Below, one piece after another: positions 24,701-35,584 of a stretch of 64,000 nucleotides of DNA. Positions within the stretch are counted from its first letter, which is position 1. Each line of letters opens with the position of its first letter. Source of the DNA: Emiliania huxleyi CCMP1516. Taxonomy: Eukaryota. The position numbers were made by a program, and so were the translations under genes. Below the pieces are notes generated by a model. That model saw nothing but the letters and a program-made list of their open reading frames with translations. It made no database searches and had not been told where the DNA came from. Location: contig NW_005201213.1 of the NCBI RefSeq assembly GCF_000372725.1, positions 124,001 to 188,000 of the forward strand, given 5' to 3'.

Positions 24701-27700
24701 TGCCACCGCTGATGGCCAACTACGCAAGCCGCAAGCGCGCAGTGGCGACTGGCAGTGGGAAGGTGAAAGAGGTCACGCTCGAGATGATCCAGGAGACGCT
24801 CAAGTCGACGACTGGCAGCGAGGTCGACCCCGACGCGCCGCTGATGGAGGCTGGCCTCGACTCGCTTGGAGCGGTCGAGCTCGGCAACCAGCTGCAGCAG
24901 GCGTCGGGGCAGACGCTGCCGTCGACGCTCATCTTCGACTACCCGACGGCGCGGCAGCTCGCGGCGTACTTCGAGAGCTCCTCCAAGTCTGCCGGCGGCA
25001 GCGACGAGGCGGCCGGCGCGGCGACGTCCGCCGCCACGGCGCGGGCGGCTGCGACGCCGTTCAGCGCGGGCAGCTCGAGCACGTCTGGCGTGGTGCGCGT
25101 GTGCGGGCTGAGCGCCATGATGCCAGGGCGGGTCGGCCTTGTGAGCGGACTGGCGCAGATGGCGTCGTGCGGCAGCGACCTGATCTCAGAGGTGCCGCTC
25201 GGGCGCTGGCGGGTCGGCGGGCCAGGCTTCCCGGATGGCGTGATCGGCCAGCGCGCCCGGTACGGCGGCTTCCTGAGCGACGCGGAGCTCTTCGACAACG
25301 CGTTCTTCAGCGTGTCGCCGTCCGAGGCGGGGGCGATGGACCCCCAGCAGCGGCTGCTCCTCGAGCGCTCGTTCGAGGCGCTGCACGGCGCGTCGTTCCA
25401 GAGGACCTCCCTGATGGACCTGGTCGCCGGCGTCTTCCTCGGCGTCGCGGCGAACGACTTTGCGGAGGTCGTGCGGACGACGCCGTCGCTCGCGCGCAGC
25501 GTGTACGCTGCGACGGGCAGCAGCCACTCGGTCGCCTCCGGGCGCATCTCGTTTGTGCTCGGGATGCAGGGCCCGTGCGTGTCGTACGACACCGCGTGCT
25601 CGGCGGCGCTGGCGGCGAACCACGCGGCGCTGCGCGCGCTCCAGCACCGCGAGTGCGTCGCCGCGCTCTCGGTCGGTGTGAGCATGATGCTCCTCCCCGG
25701 CGTCGGCATCACCTTCGCCACCGCTGGCATGCTCTCCGCCGGCGGCCACTGCCACACCTTCGACTCGCGCGCGGACGGGTACGTGCGTGGCGAGGCGTGC
25801 TGCGCCGCGACGCTGCGCGTCAGCAGCTTTGCCGCGCACGACACGCTGCGAGTGGTCGGCAGCTGCGTGCGGCAGGACGGCAAGAGCGCGAGCCTGACGG
25901 CGCCAAACGGCCAGGCGCAGCGGGCGCTGCTGTGGGCCGCGCTCGCCGACGCCGCGATGCTGAGCGACCAGGTGGCTTGCGTGGAGGCTCACGGCACGGG
26001 CACGGCGCTGGGCGACCCGATCGAGGCGCGCTCGCTCGCCTCGCTGCTCACGGGACGCCGGAATAACGAGGCGCTCGCGGTGGGGAGCGTCAAGGCGAAC
26101 GGCGGGCACGCCGAGCCAGCGGCGGGCATCACGGGTCTGCTGCGGCTGGCGGTCGGTGTGCGTGACCGGGTGGCGCCGCCGAACAGCCAGCTGCGCGCCG
26201 TCAACCCGCACGTGGTGGAGGCGTTCGACGGCATCTCGTGCACGCTTCCGACCCAGCTGTCGGCCGCGCCGGCGTGCTACGCGCAGGCGAGCGGGCTCTG
26301 CGGCGGCGGCGTGAGCTCGTTTGGGTACAGCGGCACGATCGTGCACGCGCTGCTCCAGGACGACGGAGATGGCGGCCAGGCGCCGGTTGACAGCGTTCCA
26401 GTGCGCTTTAACCGTCGGCGGTTCCCTTGGCCGCGGCCAGCCATTGTCGCCGCTGCAGACGAAGCGGAGCTCCTGGGCTTTGGATTCTCCTGGGTCGATT
26501 CGGACGTCCCTGAGGCGGGCGGAAATGGCGGCTTGGATTGGCTCTTGATCGGCGAGCGGAAGCAGGTTGGCCCCGCCTCGCGCGTCTACCACGAGCAGCC
26601 GTCGAAGGTCACAGCGCTCAGCGAAGTCGGCGGCAAGTCCGTCAGGAACGTCGTTCTGCTTGCGGAGACGCATGATGCCGCTGCTCCGTCCATGCTAGGG
26701 ATGTCCACGCTGCTGGCAGTCACGAGGCAGCTCATCCAGATGAAGCCCCCTCCCAGGCTGTTGTGCCTCTGCCGAGGGACGCAGCACCCGCGACCGTTGG
26801 AGCTAGCCGAGCCGATGGCTGCAGCTTCAGCCGGCGGCGTCTGGGGGTTCCTGAGGAGCGTGGCCCTCGAGCAACCCGCTGCTGATTGGCTCATTCGTGA
26901 CGTGCGCTCCGAGCCATCAGCCACAGAGGTTGCCCGGATGCTGCGTGCAGCGGCGGCCTTTGGGGAGGACGGAGGCGTGCCGAGGGAGCTGGCCCAGAGC
27001 TCCAGCGGCACGTGGCATGCGCCGAGACTTGTGCGCACTGGTGCCATCCCTTCCAGTGCGGACAGCGTCAGCGGCGCCGGGGTCAACATCATCACCGGGG
27101 GACTCGGCGGCCTGGGGCTTCGGGCCGCAAAGGCGCTGGCGGGCGATCCATCCTCGCACCTTGTGCTCTCGTCGCGGAGCGGGCGCATCACGCGCGCGGG
27201 GCAGGGCCTCGGTGCGCAGCTGCGCTCGCTTGAAGCCTCGAAGAGCAACTTGCGCATCCGTGCGTGCGACATCGCGGCGCCGGAGGACGCCGTCGCCCTC
27301 CTTCGCGAGAGCCACTCGCTGCGGCGTCCGCGACTCGCGACCCGCGTGATCCACGCGGCAGGCGTCCTGGCGGACGGCCTGGTGCGGAAGCTGACTCCCA
27401 GCGACCTTGGCGCTGTCTTTGCCGCCAAGGCTCACGGAGCAGCTGCCATCCATTCCGCCTCGACCACTCTCAACTTTTCCGCGTTTGTGGCATTCTCCTC
27501 CGTCGCCTCGGCCTACGGTAACATTGGCCAGGCCAACTACGCCGGTGCCAACTCGTACCTCGACGTGCTTGTGACCCTGCGGCGTGCGTGCGGGCTACGT
27601 GGATGCAGCCTGCAGCTGCCCCCAGTCGGGGGCGCGGGAATGGGTGAGGCGCTCGCCTCCAAGTTCAGCGGAATGGCCGAGATCTGGACACTGCCGCTCG

Positions 27701-29937
27701 AGCGGTACGCCGCGTGGCTTGCCCAGTCCCTCTCCCTTTGCCCCTCGGCCGTGGCGACCGCCCTCAGCAGTGATGCCCTCGCCCAGTTTCCCGTCTCGGC
27801 CCGGGCACTGCTCGTTGACGATGCCCTCGGACGCGGCGCGGCGTCCGCGATGCCGCCCCCTTCCGGTCCCGCTCGTGCGGCGGACCTGAGCACGGAGCAG
27901 ATCCAGTCGACCCTCCTGCGGGAGGTCACTGCGCTCACGAGCATCGACGCCCTCACTGTGGACACGCCTCTGATGGAGGCGGGCGTCGACTCGATGGCGG
28001 CGCTCGAGCTGCGCAACCGCGTGGAGGAGGTGATGGGCGTCCGCCTGAAGAACGAGGACCTGCTCGCAGACGCCGACGAGCTCACGGTCGCACAGCTCAC
28101 GAGCGCGATCGAGCGGCGCGCCGCCGGCGCCGGCGGTGGCGCTGCGGGCGAGAGCGGCCCATCAAGTGGCGGGTCGGTGAGTCTGAGCTTCATGAACACG
28201 TCGGTCGTGGCGGGCACGGCCGCGCCGATCGCCGAGCGGCTCCGCCGCCCGATCCTCTTTGTGTTGAGCAGCCCGCGCTCGGGCTCGTCGCTGCTGCAGC
28301 TCTGTCTGCAGGCCAACCCGGCCCTCTACGCCGGCCAGGAGCTGTACCTGCTCATGTTCGACTCGATGGGCGAGCGCGCCGCCGTGCCCGAGATGCGCTT
28401 CGTCGAGGAGGGCCTCGTCAAGACCATCATGGAGCTCAGCGCCAGCTCGGCGGCCGCCGCGCGCGCGCGCATCGCGCGCTTCGGCGCCGACTGCCCGACG
28501 TGGCGCGTCTACCAGGCGCTGCAGCGAATGAGCGGCCCGCGCATGCTCGTCGACAAGACGCCCGCCAACGCGAGCCACGTCTCCTTCATGCGGCGCGCGC
28601 GGGAGACCTTCGAGCACGCGCGCTACATCCACCTGATCCGCCACCCGTACGCCTGCATCTCGTCCGGCCTCCAGATGTTCCGCGACTTCCTCGACGTGTC
28701 CGAGACCACGTGGGCTATGGTGGAGCAGTCGTGGGTCGACACGAACCGCGCGTGCGACGAGTTCATGGCGGAGCTGCGCGCGGAGCAGCCCGAGCAGCGA
28801 GGGCAGTCGATGGTGCTCCGCTACGAGGACTTTTTGCGCGACCCGGCGGGCGCGACGCGCGGCGTCTGCGAGGCGCTTCTGGGCGTGGAGTGGGCGGAGG
28901 GGATGGCCAACCCGTACGAGACGAGCGCGATTCAGAGCTTCGAGGCGGCCGAGTCCAAGTCGACGACCGACCAGAAGCTGCTCAAGCGCAAGGCGATCGA
29001 GCCGCGCCAGGCAGAGAAGTGGCGCGAGGTGCAGCTGCCGCAGCCGCTGCTCGAGACCACAAAGGCGCTCGCGGCGGGGCACGGGTACGAGCTCCTGCCG
29101 GACCTCACGCCCGAGCTCTCGTGGATCGCCCAGCCCGAGGGCACGCCAGCCGGCGCGCCGACCGTCTGCATCCACGACTTCACCGGCCTCTTGTGGGGCT
29201 TCCGCGCGCTCGCGCCGCTGCTGTCAACCTCGGGCTGCCTCGGCATCCATGCGTCGACGCGGCTTCTCGACGGGTGCGCCTGCATGCAAGAGCTCGCGGC
29301 GCAGTACGTGCAGCTGCTGCCAAAGGGCCTGTGGATGGGCGGGGCGCCGGTGCGGCTGATTGGCTACTCGCTCGGCTGCCGCGTCGCCTACTGGATGGCG
29401 TGCCTCCTCGAGGCGGAGGGGCGGCCGGTCGAGCTCGTGCTGCTCGACGGGCCGGCGGCCGGCGACGACGGCTACCCGCCGCGGATGGGCGGGTACGCGT
29501 CGGAGGTGGCCGAAGAGATCCGGCTCAACATGGGCCTCGCGCCGCCGCCGGACGGGCGCCCCGCCTCGCTCGGGCCGCAGGGCGGCGGCGCCGGCTCGGC
29601 GGCGCAGGCCATGCAGTTTGCGGTGATGAAGCGCTCCGGCTCGTTCCGGATGCTCTTCACCCTGCTCGAGGATGCGGGCGAAGACGCCGCCGCCGCCGCG
29701 GTGCGGCTCATCGAGCTGCCCGACCGCGTGGCGGAGCCGCTCGGCCCGGTGCGAGCGCCGGTCCTCTTTGTGCACACGGAGCAGATCCGCGAGAACGGCA
29801 CCGCCGGCGTGCTGCTTGAGCGCGTGCCACACGCGACGGCCGTCAAGGTTCCGGGCGACCACTTCTCCTTCATCACAAAGAGCGCGACGCAGATTGCGGA
29901 GGCGGTCGCGGGGTGGCCCTCGCCGTCCCCAGCGTAG
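6429..29937 (+). CDS. Giant AT-less modular type I PKS: FAAL-ACP-[KS-DH-ER-KR-ACP]x3-KS-KR-ACP-ST-TE; about 13 introns in 6429-9864, then one ~20 kb exon (9865-29937)
   Basis: Four KS (DTACS, HGTGT, GH), three DH (HIVQGRVVFP), three ER (GLNFRD, AGAGGVG), four KR (GGxGGLG, YxxAN), five ACP (GxDS), ST (SSPRSGSSLL) and TE (GYSLG); no AT GHSxG; FAAL exons splice in frame into the long exon via intron 9732-9864. Confidence 0.93.
7254..7366 (+). repeat. 15-bp tandem minisatellite (GCCGCCCGAACACTC) about 7.5 copies, intronic
   Basis: Visible directly, inside GC-AG intron 7196-7373. Confidence 0.9.
10189..10386 (+). other. Loading ACP
   Basis: PLMDAGFDSANALEL...LPETLMFDYPT. Confidence 0.88.
10460..15220 (+). 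other. PKS module 1: KS-DH-ER-KR-ACP
   Basis: DTACS 10960, DH His 11917, HPADLD 12406, ER ~13330-14200, KR ~14230-14800, ACP GLDS ~15100. Confidence 0.88.
11671..21827 (+). repeat. 4875-bp near-perfect tandem duplication inside the PKS; a third ACP-KS copy lies at ~24832-26364
   Basis: Identical text at 11671 and 16546; shadow ORFs repeat at offsets of 4875/4878. Confidence 0.95.
15340..20095 (+). other. PKS module 2: KS-DH-ER-KR-ACP
   Basis: Same motifs; DH to ACP nearly identical to module 1 at a +4875 bp offset. Confidence 0.88.
20215..24970 (+). other. PKS module 3: KS-DH-ER-KR-ACP with diverged reductive loop
   Basis: KS essentially identical to KS2; sequence diverges after ~21827 but keeps HPADLD, LHAGAGGVG, GGTGGLG, YAAAN and GLDS. 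Confidence 0.88.
25093..28110 (+). other. PKS module 4: KS-KR-ACP (no DH or ER)
   Basis: KS is followed directly by the KR structural subdomain and IITGGLGGLG / HAAGVLADG / YAGAN; ACP GVDS at 27982. Confidence 0.87.
28250..29100 (+). other. Sulfotransferase domain of CurM/OLS type
   Basis: ILFVLSSPRSGSSLL (5'-PSB loop), ELYLL, EGLVKT, LVDKTP, IHLIRHPY, RYEDF, KWREVQLPQPL...GYEL. Confidence 0.88.
29150..29920 (+). other. C-terminal thioesterase
   Basis: VCIHDFTG, ELAAQYV, LIGYSLG (Ser), LVLLDG (Asp), PGDHFS (His). Confidence 0.85.
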
Positions 29938-30790
29938 TCCATAGTACAGTGTTGTGTGTGTACTACAATCTACATGCAGGCCGTGTTGGTTTGGCCAGAT
30001 ACCATGTGAAGTTTGGGGGGGGTTGTTACGAGTACTCGCTATGATCTGAGTGTCTTGGGAATTCCATGTGTAGAGCGGGAGATCGGCACGAGCTTGATTT
30101 CTGAGAGACGAACAGTCAAGAGAATTCTCGCGGCGAATTCGTTTACTTTCTAAATCACTACGCACTTGTGTCTGTGAGGACACCGATCTCACCGGCACAC
30201 TTTGCAGCTATCAGCTTACACGCAAACAGATAACTTCTCGCAGCTGCGAGACGAGTTTTCTCGGAGCGACAGCCTCAAAGAAAAAGAACCGGCGTGCAGA
30301 GAGTGGTGACGGCAGGCCGGTGCCGGTGGCGGCGGCGGATAAGAGGCATACGCCAGCGGGAGCAGCGTGACGACAAGGGTACCCACGAGGCGGTACCTGG
30401 GAGCACTGCCGGCTGTGTGAAGCGCTATTTCCTGCTCTCAACAGCTCACCACCTCGCCTTCTCTGTCCCTCTTACCTGGCCCAGGCCCATCAGTAGCAGG
30501 TCTGATCTGTCCCACACCGCACTTATCTTTATTCCTTGAGTCAACGAACTATAAACATGTGCATGCACAGCGGCGTTGGCCACAAATAGTAAAGCACCGC
30601 CGTACAAATCTAGTAAAAGGAGCTCTGGCCGGGGGGCACGCGATCCCACCGGATCAGGCACGCGGGTTCATGGGCGCAGCCCTCAACATGCCAAGGAAGC
30701 TCGATGGTGTAGTGCACAGGATTCAGGATCGGCCAGCGCGGTTGACGGCAATGTGGAGCTTAGGCCTTCGCCGCGCGCCGCGTCGCCTTC

Positions 30791-33700
30791 TTAGACGTCC
30801 TCGGTGGCGGTGCGCGAAGGCAGGTCCTTGTCTCCGTAGGCCCGCGGCGCGCCCTTCTTGACGAAGAAGTAGTACACGGCGAGGCCGAGGAGAATGACGC
30901 CGACAGGCACGCCCACGGCGACGCCCACGACCCAGCCCGGCTTCTTCTTGTCAGACGACGGGGAGGAGGGCGGCGGCGACGAGGGCGGCGGCGACGAGGG
31001 CGGAGGCCCGATAGGAATCTCGACGGGGGGCTCGTCGAATGTGGCAGACCTGCCGGACCCCAGCTTAGCGCCGAGGGTCACGAGAAACTCAATCTGATCG
31101 TTGTTGGTCGCGGTGGCAGCGGTCTTGATCTCCGCGGCAGTCTGCCCCGCCGCCGGCACGATGGTCACCCTCACCTTGTCGTCGCCGAGATCCTCGAGGG
31201 CGATCTGCTCAGACGTAACGGTGACTGGGGAAGCAAGGGTAGCGAAGGAGTCGATCACAGCAGTCATGATCTCATCGAGGTCGATGGTATCCAGAGAGCG
31301 CAGGCGGCGTGTGGTTGGGGCCGCGATCGAGAGGGTGAAGGAGACGGCGACGCTCGTGTCCGGCGGCAGAGGCGTGCAATTGGAATCCGTCGTGCTGTCC
31401 GGCGACTCCACGAGGTACTCGCTCGCCGTGCAATCCGTCGTCTTCGGCGTGCACGATGTGATGGCGTTCACGCCCTCCTTGAACTCCGCAGCGGCGCACG
31501 CCGTGCACGTGGCGTCCGACGTCTTGTCTGTCGATGCCGTGAAGTACTCGCCCGCCGGGCAATCCGTCTTCATCTCCGTGCAAGTGGCGTCCGACGTCTT
31601 ATCAGTCGATGCCGTGAGGTACTCGCCCACAGGGCAATCCGTCTTTTTCGGCGTGCACGCATCGGCGCCGATGCCGGGCTTGAAGAAGCCGTCCCCGCAA
31701 GGCGTGCAAGCGATTTCGAGTGACGGCTCCGGCTCCGGAGCCTCGAGGCGGCGCAGCGATGTAGGCGGCGAGGGCGATGCCGACGGCGGCGGCGACGGCG
31801 ATGCCGACGGCGGCGGTGATGGCGATGTCGACGGCGGCGGTGCTGACGGTGGCGGCGCTGACGGCGGCGGCAGTGCGGGCGGCGGCGAGGAAGGCGGAGC
31901 AGCAGCTTCGTAGCCAGCACCGCAACCAAGAATGCCCTTATCGTCAAGAACCGCGCCGTCGGTCAGCTCGATCGTGCCACCCAGACTTTCGATGGTGCCG
32001 GTGTTGTTGAGCATGGCGTCCTCTCCCCGTAGACTGATCTCTCCGGCGGTGCTGATTTTGCCGGCATTCTCGAGCTCCGCGTTCTCGAGCGCGATCTCAC
32101 CCTCCTCGGAGTTTTCGATGATGCCGGTGGCCGTGTTGGCGAGCACCGCGCCGTACGCGAGCTCAACCCTCCCCTCGTTGTTGACGGTGCCCGCATTCTC
32201 GAGAACAGAATCATAATAGAGATCAATCTCACCCTCGTTGTTGACGGTGCCCGCATTCTCGAGAACAGAATCATGCCGGAGATCAATCTCACCCTCCTCG
32301 GAAGTTTCGATGGTGCCGGTGGCCGTGTTGGCGAGCACCGCGTCGTACGCGAGCTCAACCCTCCCCTCGTTGTTGACGGTGCCCGCATTCTCGAGAACAG
32401 AATCATAATAGAGATCAATCTCACCCTCGTTGTTGACGGTGCCCGCATTCTCGAGAACAGAATCATGCCGGAGATCAATCTCACCCTCCTCGGAGTTTTC
32501 GATGGTGCCGGTGGCCGTGTTGGCGAGCACCGCGTCGTACGAGAGCTCAACCCTCCCCTCGTTGTTGACGGTGCCCGCATTCTCGAGAACAGAATCATAA
32601 TAGAGATCAATCTCACCCTCGTTGTTGACGGTGCCCGCATTCTCGAGAACAGAATCATGCCGGAGATCAATCTCACCCTCCTCGGAGTTTTCGATGGTGC
32701 CGGTGGCCGTGTTGGCGAGCACCGCGTCGTACGAGAGCTCAATCTCACCCTCGTTGTTGACGGTGCCCGCATTCTCGAGAACAGAATTGTCACGGAGATC
32801 AATCTCACCTTCGTTGTTGACGGTGCCCGCATTCTCGAGAACAGAATCATAATAGAGATGAATATAACCCTCGTTGTCCACGGTGCCCGCATTCTCGAGC
32901 TTCGAGCGCAGGATCGCGATGCTGCCCGAGTTCTTGATGGACGCACTGCCAGCGATCGTCACCGTGCCACCGTCGGCAGAAGGGTCATCGTATCCGGTAA
33001 AATAGAAGAGAGAGTCCGTCGCTCCGTTGACAAACGAGGTCCCAGAGCCCACCTTCAGCTCCGCGTTGTCAAGAACGTTTAGAGCCCCTGAGTTTGCCAG
33101 CCCATCGTCGCCGCCTCCTTTGCCGCCGCCATTCACTGCAGCGCTCTCCAGTACCGCGTTGTCGAGCACGTTGATGGTGCCCTCGTTGAGCAAACCGGCG
33201 CCGGTGGACGCCCACAAAAGAGCGATAGTTGAAGACGCTGCGCACTTCTCCTCGCAATTCGTAGTAGCAGTGGCTTCGACGCAGGTATTGCCGTCGGGGG
33301 TCCAGGGCAGTGGCTCGCCACCACAGATGTCGGCCCAGGGCAGCGGCTCGTCTGCGACTGCGCCCGGAGCTGCCAGCTGGTGGCCGCCCGTGCTGGCGTC
33401 GCTGTCCGCGGGCAGGCCAGCAAGATCGGCCGCGTAGCCTTTCGTCACGGTGATGTCGTTGGACGTGTCGAAACCCTTGGGCCCGTAATTAGTCCAAGCC
33501 ACGACTACGGACGTCGCCCCGACAACACTGGTCGGTGCCGCTACCTGGTGGCCGCCCGTGCTGGCGTCGCTGTCTGCGGGCAGGCCAGCAAGGTCGGCCG
33601 CATCGCCTTTCGTCACGGTGATGACGTTGAACGTGTCGAACGCCCCAGTCGTCGTCTTGATGGTCACTGAGGTAGCCGTCTCGCTTGTGGTCGCGGTCAC

Positions 33701-34604
33701 GGTGCCCACGGCGTTGGTCGTGGCCTGCGAGAAGACCTGGCCCTCCTTGTACTTGCCGGCGGCGATGGTCAGAGTCACTGCCGGGGTCTTGGCCACGGTG
33801 CCACTGCGTGCCGGTGGTTCGTACGTATCGGTCGGTGCCGCTACCTGGTGGCCGTCCGTGCTGGCGTCGCTGTCCGCGGGCAGGCCAGCAAGGTCGGCCG
33901 CATCGCCTTTCGTCACGGTGATGACGTTGGACGTGTCGAACGCCCCCGCTGTCACGCTCATCCTCACAATCGTGTACGTAGAGCCTCGTTCGGGGATCCC
34001 GGTCACGGTGCCAACGGCGTCGGTCGTGGCCTGCGTGAAGACCTGGCCCTCCTTGTACGTGCCGGCGGCGAGCGCTAGAAACTTGATCGGGTTCGGCTGC
34101 ATGAAGATCTGGCCCTCCTTGTACGTGCCGGCGGCCAAGCCGTTCAGCCGGTGGAGCACATCAGCTGCAACAGGACCGCCCACGCATGAGAGGCAGGGCG
34201 TGCAGACGTCCGAGGCATCGCAGAAGAAGCCGTCAGGACAAGGAGATTCGGCGCAGGAGTTCTCGGTCGACGAGGAGGCTTTCAGCACCGCGGTATTCTT
34301 CACGTCGATGGTCCCCTCGTTGACCAGCCCCGTGGCGAGAGAGTGGGTCGAGCTCGTCACCTCCAGCTTCTCGTCGGCAGAGGCTGGCACTTGGTCGATG
34401 ACGGCGTCGTCCTCGAAGGTCTTGACGACGTCACCGCTCGGGCCGTAAAGCTTCGCTTCGAGCTCGCGCTTCTGCGGGAGGCGGGAGAGGCGGGAGGCGG
34501 TGAGCAGACGCTGATCAGATGAGGTTTTGGCGGGACGCAGTGTGCAAGGCCTGTTGCCCGGCGACGGCGAGGCCAAGCGCGACGAGAGCCGTGGCAAAGA
34601 TCAT
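30791..34604 (-). CDS. Large acidic repeat-rich type I membrane (cell-surface) protein; exon 1 34604-34551 (signal peptide), GC-AG intron, exon 2 34471-30791
   Basis: MIFATALVALGLAVAGQQ splices in frame; contains long Thr/Ala repeats, 20-aa LENAGTVNNEGEIDL repeats, SPSPPP linker, Cys-rich TNFR-like repeats, TM helix (WVVGVAVGVPVGVILLGLAVYYFFV) and short tail. Confidence 0.85.
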
Positions 34605-34716
34605 CTTGTCCTGCGACAGGCCCTTTGTGTCCTGGATGACAAGGCGGGAAACAAGGCGGGATCGCCTGTGTCGTGGATGCCAAGGATGGTAAATCGGTAA
34701 AACCTCGGTCACTTGT

Positions 34717-35584
34717 GGTGAACCTTCTTTTCTACCAGGCTAGAATTGAGAGCAGCCTCGCTCTCAATCCTAGAAGTCGAAGGATTGTGAGCAGCACTCC
34801 TCGCAATCGTAGCATCTCTGTCTGTGCGATTGATTGTGTGCACCCACGCTCGCAATCCTACATCTTCTAGGATTAAGAGCAGCTCCGCTCACAAGGTGAC
34901 TGGTGACGCTTACGACTACTACCAGCGCGCTCACAATCCAAGCAAACTCTACAATCCAAGCAAACTCTAGGGTTGCGAGCAGCTTGGCTCACAATCCTAG
35001 CAACATGCCTCTGATTGCGAGCAGGAGCGCTCGCAATCCTAGAACTTTCGCCGATTGCGAGCGACACCGCCCACAGTCCTACGACTTCTAGGATTGCGAG
35101 CGGGTCCCCTCGCAATCGGTGCGATCACTGTTTGGGTTGTGAGGAGACCCTCCCGGCGCGCTCACTCACAAGCGCTCGCGCGGCTGGAGCGATTGGGAGC
35201 GCCCTCTGTGCGCCTGCTAGCCAACTAGCAGTCCTTGGATCTTTGGTACGATTGTGAGCGCAGCCGCTCATAGTCCTACAAGACGTAGGATTGCGAGCGC
35301 TCCTGCTCGCAATCGGAGGCATGTTGCCAGGATGGTGAGCTAAGCTGCTCGCAACCCTAGAGCTTGCTCGGATTGTGAGCGCGCTGGTAGTAGTCGTAAG
35401 CGTCACCAGTCACCTTGTGAGCGGAGCTGCTCTAAGTCCTAGAAGATGTAGGATTGCGAGCGTGGGTGCTCACAATCGCACAGAGATGCTACGATTGCGA
35501 GGAGTGCTGCTCACAATCCTTCGACTTCTAGGATTGAGAGCGAGGCTGCTCTCAATCCTAGCCTGGTAGAAAAGAAGGTTCACC
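34717..35584. mobile_element. Non-autonomous Foldback/Mutator-like element with ~300-bp TIRs and 9-bp TSD GTCACTTGT
   Basis: TIRs 34717-~35042 and ~35286-35584 (GGTGAACCTTCTTTTCTACCAGGCTAG...); TSD at 34708-34716 and 35585-35593. Confidence 0.9.

Noticed and set aside
6429..29937. PKS as the alkenone (C37-39 methyl/ethyl ketone) synthase
   Set aside because: All DH modules carry ER motifs, so no trans double bonds are predicted, and the last module has KR plus ST rather than a beta-keto end; too few modules as assembled
9757..29942. Many long overlapping or antisense ORFs within the PKS (e.g. 23724-26066, 25186-26673)
   Set aside because: Arg/Ala/Pro-rich shadows of GC-rich coding sequence that repeat with the module duplication and show no motifs
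32100..32900. Regular ~60-bp repeats as a CRISPR-like array
   Set aside because: They are in-frame coding repeats with no unique spacers, in a eukaryotic gene
34760..35520. lac operator-like ATTGTGAGC...GCTCACAAT motifs as vector contamination
   Set aside because: Variable spacers, many degenerate copies, and location within a TIR element with a TSD
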